Origin: Podarcis tiliguerta
Taxonomy: Eukaryota
Length of the DNA: 64,000 nucleotides
Assembly (NCBI GenBank): GCA_965153285.1
Contig: OZ229114.1
Direction: 5' to 3' (one strand)
The position numbers and the translations under genes are program-made. This document shows positions 1 to 13,147 of the stretch, piece after piece. Position 1 is the first letter of the stretch; each line of letters starts with the position of its first letter. The notes beneath the pieces were generated by a model. It had not been told where the DNA came from and did no database searches. It was given only the letters and a program-made list of their open reading frames with translations.

Positions 1-2811
1 ATCAGGAAAAAAACTTGGAAACTGATAGCTCTGCCATTAAAATGGGAAGATTCAAGGACAATAACTATACAGGGGAGTCGAACCAGACACCTTAATGCTA
101 CTGTACACATCACAAGCTCTCACCTTTTTTCATGCCTGCTTCTTCAAACGCTGCCCATGTGCTCTGCATTTAAGGAGCCTAGAAGTCCCTGCCCCCCTGC
201 CTCTATTACATGCCATGTGTGGATTAGATGGATGGTTTGGGGAGTTATTTAGTTAGAAACTGCTGTTCAGTTTTGGAATATTTGTTTGACTAAGGCGATG
301 TTCATATTTGTATTACTTGATTTTAAAATGTGGCTTTAAGGAATACTGTAGTAGATAAAGCTCAAGATGTGTTCAGTTAAACCTGAAAATGCTTTACTCC
401 GGGATGTTGACCTTTTGCTCCCCTCTCTGCCAAGAGCTGTCTCTCCTTGCAAGTTGCTCTGGCAGGAATCAAATTCCTTTGGGGGCTTTAGTAGCAGCTC
501 GTTCTTTCATCTAATCAGGTTTAAACTCTGACAAGATATTTGTACAATCCCTGTCTCAAAGGGCAGGCCAATGACACCATTAACCTAATCCTCCCTTCTT
601 GTTTTCCACTTTAATGGTACTCATAAGCTCCAAACAGGGAAAATATTTGGGCAGTAATATTTGTACAAAAGACAACAGTAATAAGAATGGCGTGTTGATA
701 GAATCTGTGCTGCGTTTCTGTTGGAGTTGGGGAAGCCATCTCATTCCTCTTCCTGTGTATTAAGAATTGCTTTGAATGTGTTTGCCACCTCTCTGGAGCA
801 AAGGCACCATGGCCCATCACTTATCATCCACTGTCTAACATAGAGGCTAAACTTTAGAAAGTCGTCCTGTTTAAAAATAGGCCAGGAAGGGGAAAAGACA
901 AATGGAGAGATATCAGAGGATAAAGCTATATTGTAGGAACTGGGTTAGGCAAGGATGCCCACTATTGCATCGGCCATTGCTATAGCTTTTAGTATATTGG
1001 GTACCATCTGTGGGGGGTTGCAGATCTGAGGTTATCCGTTTCTGTTGGACAAGTGGAAACATGTAGTGGGTCAGTTGTCTTTCTTTAGAAGGGTTAACAC
1101 AAGTGAGCTGATGCCAACAATGTAGTACTTGAGAAATAAGGGCTTTCTCGGCACACTGTACGCACACAAAGCACACTGATTAGATTGGGATGCTGAGCCA
1201 ACTTATCACTGTAATATTGTGGCTAGGGAACTGAATTGCAAAATTTGGAGAAGTGCAAATTTCAAAGGATGTCTGTGTTTCAGTCCATGCACTGTATAGG
1301 ATAATGTGGATTAGGTAAATTCTCATTTAAATGTGAACTGAATACAAATTCACCGCCACCTCCAGTGCCTTGTTCTAGACTTCAGATACAGCCGATATCC
1401 TACTCTACTGCAGTTATACTAAATCATAGGGCTGTTGGATAATGTCAACAGAGTTGCATTGAGCTGTAATATTATAGAATATAGTCCAAAAATGTTTTGT
1501 TGATATTTGGTAATAACAGTCCGAAACAGTACAAAAATGGGAGGACGCATTTGATCCAGCCTCTGGGATTTGCTTTTATGACCATTTAAGTTCAATCAGA
1601 TTTGAGAAGAACTATACAATCACTGGGTTGAATCATTAGGGGGGTAGATAGTATGGATATGTGTCATTTCCCAAATTATAAGACCTTTGGTGCTGGTGAT
1701 CAGGTACATAACACAAGTCTTCAGGGGCTGCTTTCATGTAGCCAGAGGCCATGACTTCAGCTCTAGGTGAGCATTTTCCTGCCATGACTGGGTTTATTCA
1801 AATGCTGCCTTGGATGTATGTGCAAAGCAACATTTCTTCTTTAACTTCCTTCTTTAAAGGCTAAGTCAGCATTTGGAGCATGGTTTTAATTAGGGATTTC
1901 AGATCGAAACATTTCCGGTTTCGTGTGTGTGTGTGTGTGTTTTCCTTAGGACAGTTTTCAGTTAAAATGTTTTAGAGTTTTGAAAAATACCAGATGCCCA
2001 ACTCTCAGTGTGCAAAAGAAATGTAAAAAATCCACCAGTCCCTCTTGGTTCTTGGGCAGATCCACGTGTGTGATGTTGGCAGAACCACAAGAGTTGGGGG
2101 TGACAGAAAGGAGGACAACAGGATCAGGCAAGCCACAATAAGGTTTGTTTGTAATGGCATTCAGCTGCAGAGCAAGGCTAAAGAGAAAAGAAAAGCACCC
2201 CAAACTATCCAGGTACAAGCTAGAATGTATTCTCATGTTGTTTTCTCAATATCAAGAATTTAAGGTGCAATTACTATTAGACCACAGCCATCAGGATCTC
2301 AAGCAAAGCTTCTTTGTGCAGCTCTACAGGGCTTTTCAAAGCTGGAAGGATGCAGATAGCCATATTATCCAGAACACATAGATTCAAATCTAATAAAATG
2401 TCCTGGAAACAGAGGTGGTTAAAAACTAAAAACAAACTCAGTTTGCAAATCACTTTCATACATTGTTGCAGCATGCAATAGTAAATGACCGCAGACTTAA
2501 CCTGCAGTGATCCTCTTTGCCGGTGATACCATTACCACCTGCCAAGCCTCCTCTAGCAGGAAGGAGAGAACACTTTCAGTGTCAGGCTGGAAGGAGTTAG
2601 GGCTGCTACCCATCACCAACCTGGGCTCCCATCCAGTACTACTGCATGCTGCTACCACCATGCAGTAGCACCAGTCACCCATACAGGTGGCAATGGCGGC
2701 CTCTGCCAGCACTTTTGAATGGAACTGATTTGTCATATTGGTTTATATAGAGCCCAGATTGGGTCTACAGTTGGATCCCAAAGGTGGAACCCAGCCATTG
2801 TGGGTAGGTAT

Positions 2812-3109
2812 TGTTAAGTTGTGGGTTGACATAGCAGACGACACAGCGATTTCTCCAAAGCAGCTCTTTATTTTGTAAGCTGGAACAGAACTATGCTGAG
2901 GAGCTCAGTCAGCCTGCTTATATAGAGCTACAGAACAGTTGTGACTGTTGCAACGTTCTAAAACTATCCAATCACTGAACGTCACTTTTCGATCCTTCAT
3001 TTGCATACAAAACTATCCAATCACTGAACGTCACTTTTTGATCCTTCATTTGCATAACTATCTACAGTATCCCCCTGCTGGCCCAGGGTGAGAACTTCAG
3101 TACATAACA
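2812..3109 (-). mobile_element. Solo LTR, 298 bp, antisense to HPSE2
   Basis: TGTTA...TAACA termini; imperfect 5-bp TSD GGTAT/GATAT; on the minus strand TATATAA (2918-2924) then AATAAA (2867-2872); internal 49-bp tandem duplication. Confidence 0.8.
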
Positions 3110-6100
3110 GATATGAAAGAGAGGCTAGCAAAAAACCTGTGCACTCACCTGGTAACTGATCCCAAACAAAACACCCAGCTAGACCAGTGCCTTTTTATTT
3201 ATTGATTGATCATTTGGCAACTCTGCCTGCAGCTTAGAATAATCATTCTGATAGTGATGAGTGGCTAAAATGATGGTGGGTGTGTTGCTGTGACTGGTCT
3301 GTGTGGAGGGAAAGGTTTTCTCAACAGTCTACATGTTCATGTACGTGGACCAAGTGGAGGCTGAGTCCTGTGGAAATAATACATCCATTAGATTCTTGTG
3401 GTGTCTGGAAATGCAGCTGAAAGACTAGCAGCCTCTTGCCCTCACTTGAAAAAGTGCATTGCTATGCGAGGACCAAGGAACAGCCTTTGTTGCAGGGATA
3501 ATTTTGTGGGCTCTGCCCCTTTTGTGCCTGTGTGGGCTCTTCCTGAGAGAGCTCTGTCGGGCCTTTCAGTAGTGATCTGCTCATTCAGTAATTGTTTTCC
3601 CAGTGGGCTGCAGGACTGAAGGGGAAATGGCTGATTGGATGTGCTAATTTATTGTGGCTGGTAAGCATTTTATTATGATTAAGCAAACACGCTGAAAATG
3701 TGCTCAGCATTTGTATGATTGGTATCATTCCGAAGGCATTTCGTATTTTCGCCACAGGCTGTGAGTTACAGGTCCTTCTTCAACCATGCCATTGAAGCAG
3801 CTGTCTTCTGCAGTGAATGAGCTAGGATGGGGGATCTGCAGCATTTCCACTCAATTCAGATTTCAGGGTTTGCATATAGGGGTGCAAATTCCTCTCAATG
3901 GGTAGAATCATCATGTAAACCAGAGAGATCAAATGTTTCTGAGACAGGGAAACAGCTTTGCTCACCTTATCTAAATGGTATATTTGGACTGGTGGTTCTT
4001 GTGCCTTCGGATCATAAGGGAAGAGTTAATGCAAATAACTTTCACTGCTACTGCACATCCCATTGTCAACATGCAGTTTTCTCAGTAATAGTGATTCTTT
4101 GGATTGTATGCAACATTAGTGCTAATCAGAGTAGAAATTAATGGGGAGTTTTTTTTCAGTCAGTCTACTTTGTATGAGTAGTGTGCAACCCTTAAAATTT
4201 AGACACAGGAATCTTCTTTATATAGTTTGACATTTAGCTCATTGAAGAAGGTATTTATCACCCACTGTTTCCAGACTTTACCATTATTCCACATTTCCCC
4301 ATCACCTTCTTTACCACAAAATACAATGTTTTCTTTTAGGAGGGGAAGTTGGTCTATTGCCCAAGAGCACCAAATCCATTTTCATCACACAACCTAGATT
4401 TGTCATTATGTGATTGAATCATACCCACAAAATAGTCACATTTTGTAAGCTGCTCAGGACCTATCATACTTGACAGTGCTGCCATGCTGTTTCCTTTTCT
4501 CCACAAGTGAGCTGCAACTACCTGCCAAATCTGATTTGAGAATGCTATGTGTGAGGAGTCTTCCTTATATTCTGGAGCCCAGCACAGCAGGACCATAATA
4601 CTGAGTGCCTCTAGGAATGCCAAAATACATGTAAGCTAAATATAGCAGACTACTTACATTAGTGACATGCATTCTGCTTCTCCGCTTGCCCTTTCTTGCC
4701 TTTATTTGGCAGAGCACTGCTCACATGACACATGCAATATTGGGAACCTTGTCAGGATTTATTAATATTCTTGCTACAGCCAAGCAGAATTCTTCGTATT
4801 GTGTCTCAGTGACTTCCTTTGTGATGCTAGTTACCATCCAACAACTCAATAACTGTTCAGAGATAAGTCCCCATTTTTGTTCCTGGAATATCTAATAGCT
4901 TTTCTTGGAGGCTTGGAGTGGAGTGATCTAGCTTTAGCCTTTTAGTTTGGCACAGGGATTTAGGCTGAATGGTTGAACTGTGGCAAAGCACAGCTATTCA
5001 TTTGTGTTCTCAGCACTGCATTTTGCTTCTCTGCCCCCGATCATATTTACTGTAGCAATAGCCTTCTGATGAGCATGAAACTAACAGTTTGACGACAGAC
5101 CCAGATGAGATGTGGGCAATGGGGGTCACAGGCAAGAAAATTGCAAGAGTGAAACAATTTGATAAAAATTGCTATCCTGTGTATCCACAGGAACATATCC
5201 ACTTCTCCCATTGATGAACTGATATCAATGAAGCCTGCAGTTCCTTGTAAAAATAATTCACATAATGCCTGCCTGGAAGCAGGTATGCTTTTCCCACCCA
5301 GAACTTCTCATGACCGCAGGACACCAGCAAACATCGTGCTTGTTGAGTACCTCATACCAATTTGGCTGTGTACGTCACTAAAATTGTCCACAGCAGAGTC
5401 CTGCTTTCTCTGTGGCATAATTAACACCTATGGATGAATGGTGCACAGGATGGGAAGAAGGCTGCATAGACCCTGATCTCTCACTGTTTGCAAACTCTAT
5501 TCTGGCTATCTGTCTCACGGGTGTCAGTGTTCCAGTGTACCTTGGGGGTTCGCTTTTGTCTATGAGGACTTCTCCTTTCAGGTGTCTCCTCTGCTTCTCT
5601 ATCTCTGCATGCCTTGGCTGATTATAAATCTGGAGTCTTTTCAGAAAGCAGCCACTTCTTGCCTACTTGGGAATGCTTTTAAACCATTCCAGAAACCATG
5701 TTTGTTGATAGATCAGGGTGCTCAGAGAAGAGCGGCTGATCTAAGCTGTATGAGAGCCGGCATAAACTCCAGCACGGCAGTACCAGCTGTCACTGCTTAG
5801 AAACACATAATAGATTCTGCTGCTTTTCAGACAGCAGATCTTACAGCCACATAAACCAGTCATTCTGTCATCAAAAGCCCTGGCAGCAGAGAAGTGTTCT
5901 CTCTGCAACTGCATTCCTGGGGCAGTTACAAGTGCGGAGCCAGAGGGAGGCAAGCTTTGCAATGTATTATTTCCTGAACTGGCCTCAGTAGCAGGAGGGA
6001 AAGAAAGGGGTAATTACAAGAGCTGTGGACTGCATCCCTCTGTCAGTTGTTTCATGGCCTGTCGTGGCTGGCATTCAGTTAAGATATTGGATGCCGAAAG

Positions 6101-9100
6101 CAGAATCAGAAACTAAGTTGTCAAAGTTCAAATAGAGTTCTGGTTCATGGCAAGATCAGCACTGGGGTGCTGGCACAAAGTGAGTCCCATGGTGTTATGG
6201 CAGATAGTCCATTTTTTTCAGTAGGCCTTTCCTATTATACCCTTATATATAGGAGTAGTTAATAACATTGAGAGTTGAGATCAAGCAACTGGAATTGCAG
6301 GTGGTAGGATGTGTGCCTTGGAGCACTTCCAGCCACTAATTTCAGCTGGTTTGGAGCTCTTGTGCAACAAACCTGCTTCCTCCAAAGTCATCTTTATTGG
6401 ACTTCTAAGCCACCTCCTGTTCCTGTAGCCCACTTCAGAGCTGATGTCACCCTCTTGGCTCCTTCCTGGTGATTCAGAGAATTGCCATTGTTAATGTTAA
6501 ATTATGTGGCAACGGCATAATTCTTAAAGCCGAGGAAAACAAATGGAAAAAGGGAAATTATCGTATTTAGTGTCTCAGTCAATAGCGTCAACAATGTGCT
6601 TCAGAACTGCTTTTTTAACATTTAATTTAATAACACCCCTAGAAAATGTTCTCTTTCCAGAAGTTCCCAGATGCAAGTTAACCCTGGCAGAGTCGCAAGG
6701 CAGGCAGGAGTGGAGCATGCTGACTGCATCTTCAGAGCATATAGCTTTTGGGATGAAGCCCAACAGTATTTTGCTGCATTGGCATGGATAGCAGTAGGTA
6801 GCTTACCACACTAAGAGTCAGAGAGTATTAAAATTATGGCAATAGATTATTGCCCATCTTTGAAGAAAATGCATCAAGAGGTTCTAGTCTCATGCACATG
6901 CACACAGACAGGCAGCTACGACTATGTCACAACCCCATGCTTCCACTTGGCAGCAGTTCTCCAGGGTCTCAGACAGAGGACTTTTTCCAGCTTTGCTGCA
7001 GGAAATACCAGAGCTGAACATGGACCTTCTGCATGCACAGTCACAGATCTTTGGTCTGTCAACCAAGTTACTTGTTGCAACCCTGATTTAAAGCAATGTT
7101 TCTAGCCCTTGCAGTTTCAGAGAAAAACATGATCACATCATGTACTCTAAGCAACATTCGCCAAAGTAAAGAATAAATGAATATTTATTTATTTTGCAGT
7201 CCATTTATAGTGTAACACCATGTTTCCTAGCAGCAACCCCTTCAAATAGTAGTGGGATGGTTGAGGAGGAAACAAAATGCCTGCTCCCCAACATAATGCA
7301 CATTGCCTCCATCCCACCAGCCCACCACATTTCCTAACAGAAGGTGTGGAGAAAACCATTGGGCTGCTTAAAAGAACAAAACAAATATGTATGTAACAGG
7401 GAGGAGAAAAGAGGGTCGGGAGAGCAAACACAACAACCCCAAGTGGGCATACAATTCAAGGTAAGTCTCTAAGTCACAACGTAGGAGGGGATGGAGGCCT
7501 GTGATCCACAGGTCAGTGACAGGTTTCTTAGACCTCTGTCTAGCATCAGATTGTTGGTTGGTTCGGTAACATTGGGTTGTATTCAACATAGTGCTAAGCA
7601 AATTGTTCCATAAGTGCAAGGATTTCTGCTTAAACAGCGGAACGCTCCTCCCATCTCCCCCGCATGCCTCCCCCAAATCTGTTCTGGGTTTCCCCACAAC
7701 CCTCTGGTATGTGTGAGGGGAGGAAAGGGTGTGGGGAGTCTCACTGTGCTAGCACCTATCTTTATGCAAGTACAATTATTTTGTTGAATACTGCTCATTA
7801 TGTCTAGCTCTTCTGGATTTGCACTTGAGGTTTCCAAGCCCCTCGTGGCTTGACAAGCAAAGCTCTTCTGGAGCTGTTTTCTTACCAGGAGCAGGTGACT
7901 GTACAGTTCCAGTGACTTCAATAGCTGCATGACAGGCAGAAATACAGGAAGGGCAGCTTTCCCCAGCATGCTAAAGCTTTAGCTGTTATTAAACATTAAA
8001 GGTACAAGAGGCTTTCAGGAAAAATCTCTTAAGTGAACACCATTATCTCTTTGCACTGGAGAGAAATATGTTTTTTGTCCCTGTTTTCAGTGCCTGGCAT
8101 TTCTGTTATGGCTTTCATTAGATTGTTCTTGGGTTTTATTTTTGTTTGCATTCACTTTTATAGATCTGATGGCATACTGGCATGTGAACGCAATGTGTGG
8201 GCAGCTGGCTGGCTGGCTACCTAAATTAAATTACAGTGTATTAAGTCTTGTTGTTCTTTTACAATGTGAATTATCTCCTGCACTCAAACCAAATGAATTG
8301 TTTCTGGCTTGGAAGAATAAATAGTATTTTTTTAGGGTTGGCAATCTTCTTCTTCTTAACTGTCCCTTTCCCTGTGCACTTAAAAACAACCTGACAAGCA
8401 GGAATTATCACTATATTTTCATTCCACAAATGCTTCATTTTGCATGGCAGACTGCTCTTAACAACATGCTGGAGTAGGACCAGATACAAAAGGGCTTTTG
8501 CACATTTAATAGTTGTGTAGAAAGGGGAATTTGAGCAGATGCACCTAGCATTTGAAAATTTCCTCTGGAATTCCATCTTCTCCACAACTCTTAAAGGTAC
8601 AGGAGCCCTGAGCAGTTTTGAATCAGGCTGCTCTATGCATGAGCTGTAAAAAGGTCGGTGGCTTTATGAGGATGGGTGGGAAACCCTAGAAATGGGCCGG
8701 TATCTTCATCCAGGTCTTCCCATTCTATAAGTGTGTGAAATCTCATGACGCATCACTCATGTCTTTAACAAGTGGCAACAAGTGGCTGCTCTCTTAAATT
8801 TCCATGGACAACATGTTTCTTCAGTTGAAAGACTGGAAAAAAACAGTGTCTTGAACTTTTGCAAAATAGCCCCATCCTGAGCGAGATGGAAAAAAACAAT
8901 TTAGCAGTTTAATTTAAGCCCTGGTAATTGAGAACATAGTGTTTCCTCTATTTCTGCTGGTACTTTGCCCACTTTTCTGCATTCATTATGGTATATCAAA
9001 AATAGTAGTCATGAGTAAAATCCATATCCTGGAGCTAGATGCAAGCTCTGAGCAACCAACAACGGCCATTAGGGTTGCTGGGCCCAGGTCCTGGCATCCT

Positions 9101-11700
9101 GTTTCCTATCACTGCATGACATGGACAGGAGAAGCCCTCTGGCAGGTGCAATATTTTTTCTCTTTTATGCAGTGCTGCTTTTAATACTACTGGGCTGCAA
9201 GCTGTGCCTGAAACCTAACCAAACAGAAACCGGGGCTTGATATTAACAGGGTTGCCAACTGTCGAACCAGCTTTTAAGAGCAGCTTGCTATGCAGGAACT
9301 GGCAGGAGATAAACATGATCAGTTGCTCATTTCTGCAGGTCAAGTTGGTGTAAAGAGTGCCCAAACAAGCAATAATGTTTTCTTTTGATCAGTTGACAGC
9401 TCAAGGTATAAAGTTGCTGAGTATTCCCTGAAGACCGTAGCTGTACCTTCTAAATGTTTGGAAGCCCTAAGACAAGGTGCAGCTACTGAAGACCTGGCAA
9501 ACATCCAGGCCCAAACCCCAGAGACAGAAGAAAAAAGAGGGGCAGCTCTGTCAGACCCTCTAGCGAGCAACTGTTTTCTAGCAAGCGCTGGTCCCTGCCT
9601 TCAGGAAAGAAATTCATTACATTCAAGGGCAAAGAATGGCCCTGCAGCTTGCACTGAGCCAGATAAATTTGTTGTATTACATCAGCAGCAGCACAGGAAA
9701 GGAGGAGTGGGAGGAGGCGAGCAGCTCTCTGTGCTGGAAACTCACGGCTTCTCTCTGCATCTCCCTCCTGCTTTCCTTCACTACTTCTTACTTAAGAAAC
9801 ACAATAGTGATCGCCATGGCAACACGTGCTCCCCTGGTACCTGCGCACTCACAGGTGGGATCCTCTGAGCCCTGAACGTGGTTCCCGGCCCCAAGCAGGT
9901 GGGGCTTGGCCCATCAGAGATGTAGTTGCTGCTAGGATGTTAAGCACTCTGGGTGACATCTGGGCCCCACCTTTTTTGTCTCAAAAACATTGCCTCATCC
10001 TTACGCCTGCTGCTGCCAGTGGGTGCCAGCTTCCCAGAAGGCGGCTGGTCTATCTGACGTAGCCATGGACCTCCGTTCCAAGGACAAAGGGCAGGATGCA
10101 GGATTCCGAGAGGAAGGAGGCTGTTCTGTGTGGGAAGTGCTGGGCTCATCTGCCAGTACCTGTTACTCCAAGGACTCTGACATTTACCAGACTTCCCTGC
10201 AGGGAAACAACACCTGATTCCACTTAAAGCTTGCAGCATCTCTCCTCCCTACTCCCACACCTCACCACAGAAAACATGGAGCTCTCCGAGAACAATAATG
10301 TAATTGGCTGGGAAAAATCTCCTCAGGATTTTCCATCAAAACCTGGAGCTGGCTCAGACAGCGCTAACACACAAACACATGCACGCTGCAGGCCCCAAGA
10401 TACTCGTGAAAGCACGGGTTCCCCTAGAAAATGCGTGACCCGGACAGAATGGAGCCCAATGTAACAAGGAGTGACTGAGACCTGAGAGACAGCAGATTCC
10501 CCCAGGGGGGGTGACCCAGCCTTTGGCCCCATAAAGAACAAACCGCCAGCCGTATGGGCCTATTTAGCATCCCCAACCTTTCACCTCAGAGATTCCCACC
10601 TCCTTGCCTGCTGTGCGCAGGCCTCATTTACAGCATGCAAGGACATCTTGGAGCTGTTTCTAATGCTAATTCCCTCCTCCCCTCCCTCCAGAGGTGCACA
10701 TTTAAGTTCTGTTCTTCAGCTATCTGCAAATGTCACCCAAGAATGGTTTATATGCACATCTATTTCCTTGCTCAAATAAATAGTTTGGAGGGGGAAGGAG
10801 AATTAGTGGTGTAGATTGGCTGAATGAAGGCCTCTTCCATATTCGTTTATGTTCCAGTGGCTCTAGCACTGAATTTACGTCTAGTAGGCCCTTGTCTGCC
10901 ATCATGAGGCAATAGGCGAGTCACCATCTTTTAGCCTTAGCTCTTCACCAGTAACATGGGAATAATAGTGACTTATCCCCTAGAATTGTTATGAGAAGAA
11001 ACAAGTAAATGATTGTTAACATGCTTTGGAAGTTGAGCCATAGAGCAAAGCTCCCAAGAGGTCGCAACAGTGCCTTGCTTCCTGTAGGCCTGCCTGCAGC
11101 TTGGAGCCCATTCCTGATAGTAAAAGCCATCCAATTCCAAGGCCGAAAGCTATTTCTTTCCCCCAATTGCTTTTTAGTTTAATACAAAACTATTCCTTTT
11201 TAACTGTTCTCCTTCTTCAAGAAGATAGTCCAGGCTGTAAAAATGAATAATAAGGTATAACTGCTCTTCGGAGACCTGTCTGTAAAAAAAACGATTCTCA
11301 GAAGCGGCTGCAGATGTATAACCTCATTAAACTGGGTCAGAGCTTCCAAGGAAAGCAGACTGCACAGAAAGGAGCCACTTGGAGATGTCTGGTGTCATTC
11401 TGTAAACCACAAGCCACCTTGGAGACAGCCTCCAGGAAGCCACAGAAAGCGATAAAGGGCTTTCTCACACAGCCAAATCCCCACACACGTCTAATATCTA
11501 GTATGATACTCCTTGTAACTAGACAAGTTTGGGCATGTTAGTGAGATGGGGGTAATCTGAATGCTGGCGGCGGGGGGGGGGAGTGATATCCTCACAACAG
11601 GAGAACCTGGGAAAGGATGGAGTGGATCCTCTTTTGCTACTGGGTAATAAAATAAAATTTATAAACAAATAGCAGCTGCTGGCCATTTATAGCACACTGT

Positions 11701-11836
11701 AGCCTTCCCCAACCTGGGGTCTTCCAGATGTTTTAGATGAGAGGTCTCATCATCCCTGACCATTGGCCAGATAGGCTGGGACTGAAGGGAATTGGGTGTC
11801 CAAAACATCTGGAGGGAATCGGGTTGGGGAAGACTG
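11701..11836. mobile_element. Short fold-back MITE (hAT-like); related copies at ~21805-21915, 24483-24560, 33542-33670, 47340-47430, 51830-51935
   Basis: TIR agccttccccaacc...ggttggggaagact with internal ccagatgtttt/aaaacatctgg palindrome; multiple copies in the window. Confidence 0.7.
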
Positions 11837-11982
11837 GCATAATGAACTCGTCATCTGGACCATTTTGTTACCACCCTTTTCTGAGTTCCCTAGGACAAAG
11901 AACTTCAGCAACTATGGGGGTTACTCTCTGGACCTTGGAGTTCTTTGCACTTGAGTTTCAGGCTGGTTTTGTTTCTTCCCAG

Positions 11983-12156
11983 CCAGGTCTCTAGACAAAC
12001 TCTATAATTTTGCTGACTGTTCTGGCCTCCACCTCATCTTTGCATTGAACGCACTGCGCCGGAACCCCAACAATTCCTGGAACAGCTCCAATGCCCTCAG
12101 CTTGCTCAAGTACAGTGCCAGCAAGAAGTACAACATCTCCTGGGAGTTGGGCAATG
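11983..12156 (+). CDS. HPSE2: Heparanase-2, exon 4 (human numbering), 174 nt, phase 1-1
   Basis: ttcttcccag|CC AGG TCT CTA GAC ... GGC AAT G|gtgagt; translates (A)[57 protein letters not shown], recognisable HPSE2 (GH79). Confidence 0.97.
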
Positions 12157-12249
12157 GTGAGTGAGGTTTGGAGAGGGGGATTTGGAGAAGGAGGTGGACG
12201 GGGAGGAGGATTGGAGAGAAAAGAAGCACTGGCGTCACCTTCAAGGTTA

Positions 12250-12470
12250 GGAAGAATTCTTAAGAACAGCCCAATGGATCAGCCCAATGGCCCATCTAAT
12301 CTAGCATCCTACTCTCACAGTAGCCAACCAGATGCCTGTGGGAGGCCTGCAAGCTGGAAATGAAGGCAACAGCAGCGTGCCCACTTGCTGTTCCCAGCAA
12401 CAGGTATTCAACGCCATAACGTCTCCAACAGTGGAGATAGAACATAGCCATCATAGCTAGTAGCTGTTGA
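12250..12470 (-). mobile_element. Degraded CR1-type LINE 3' end; a similar copy lies at ~28615-28790
   Basis: Two similar copies in the window (ggatca...ccatcta...cacagt.gccaacca.atgcct.tggga); resembles squamate CR1 3' sequence from memory. Confidence 0.5.
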
Positions 12471-12975
12471 ATGACACAAGTGGAACACTGCTACTCAGGG
12501 TGCTCACTGCAATTGATAGCCATAGGAATCTGCAGGCAAAAAAGAGATTGATATCTTGATGGTACAGGGAAGGAAGGAGCTTGTGTGAGAAAGATTTGAA
12601 AGTGCTCAGTAAAAACAGGGAACAAATAGTGCAATCCTAAAATGTCTCTCCAGGAGTCCAACTGTGTTGAATATCACTTATTCTGAGGTAAGTGTGCATA
12701 TGTTTGCACTGTAATGAGCTATCTTCACCAGTCCTTTCTGCATAGGGTCTCCACGCAGGGAGAGGGGAGAGGCGGCAGGGAGGTCAACACCATGTAGGTG
12801 CATCAGTGAAATCACTGGATTTTCTCTGCCAATGTACCCGCACAGTGCCAACCTCCCCTCCCTCTTTCCTGATAAGTGGCAGTGACTCCACCTTCTCACT
12901 CATGGCTTTTACGGGGCACCATCTTCAGAGCAGTCGGGTCAGAGTTGGTGAATGCTTGTTTCTGTTTGCTTCCAG

Positions 12976-13147
12976 AACCAAATAACTACCGCACCCTGAC
13001 AGGGCGAGCAGTAAATGGTACTCAGTTGGGCAAAGACTACATGCAGCTGAAGAGCCTGTTGCAGCTGATCCGCACCTACTCCAGAGCCAGCCTGTATGGG
13101 CCCAACATTGGGAGGCCTAGGAAGAACGTTGTGGCTCTTCTGGATGG
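12976..13147 (+). CDS. HPSE2: Heparanase-2, exon 5, 172 nt
   Basis: ttgcttccag|AA CCA AAT ... GAT GG|gtgagt; (E)PNNYRTLTGRAVNGTQLGKDYMQLKSLLQLIRTYSRASLYGPNIGRPRKNVVALLDG; completes the WELGNEP motif. Confidence 0.97.

Noticed and set aside
2639-2668. 10-bp perfect hairpin CTACTGCATG/CATGCAGTAG
   Set aside because: Too short to be significant in 64 kb and probably a repeat remnant
1-11982. HPSE2 exons 1-3 or a nested gene
   Set aside because: No match to the exon-3 peptide (DIVRSDVALDKQKG...) or any spliceable conserved ORF found by eye; treated as intron 3
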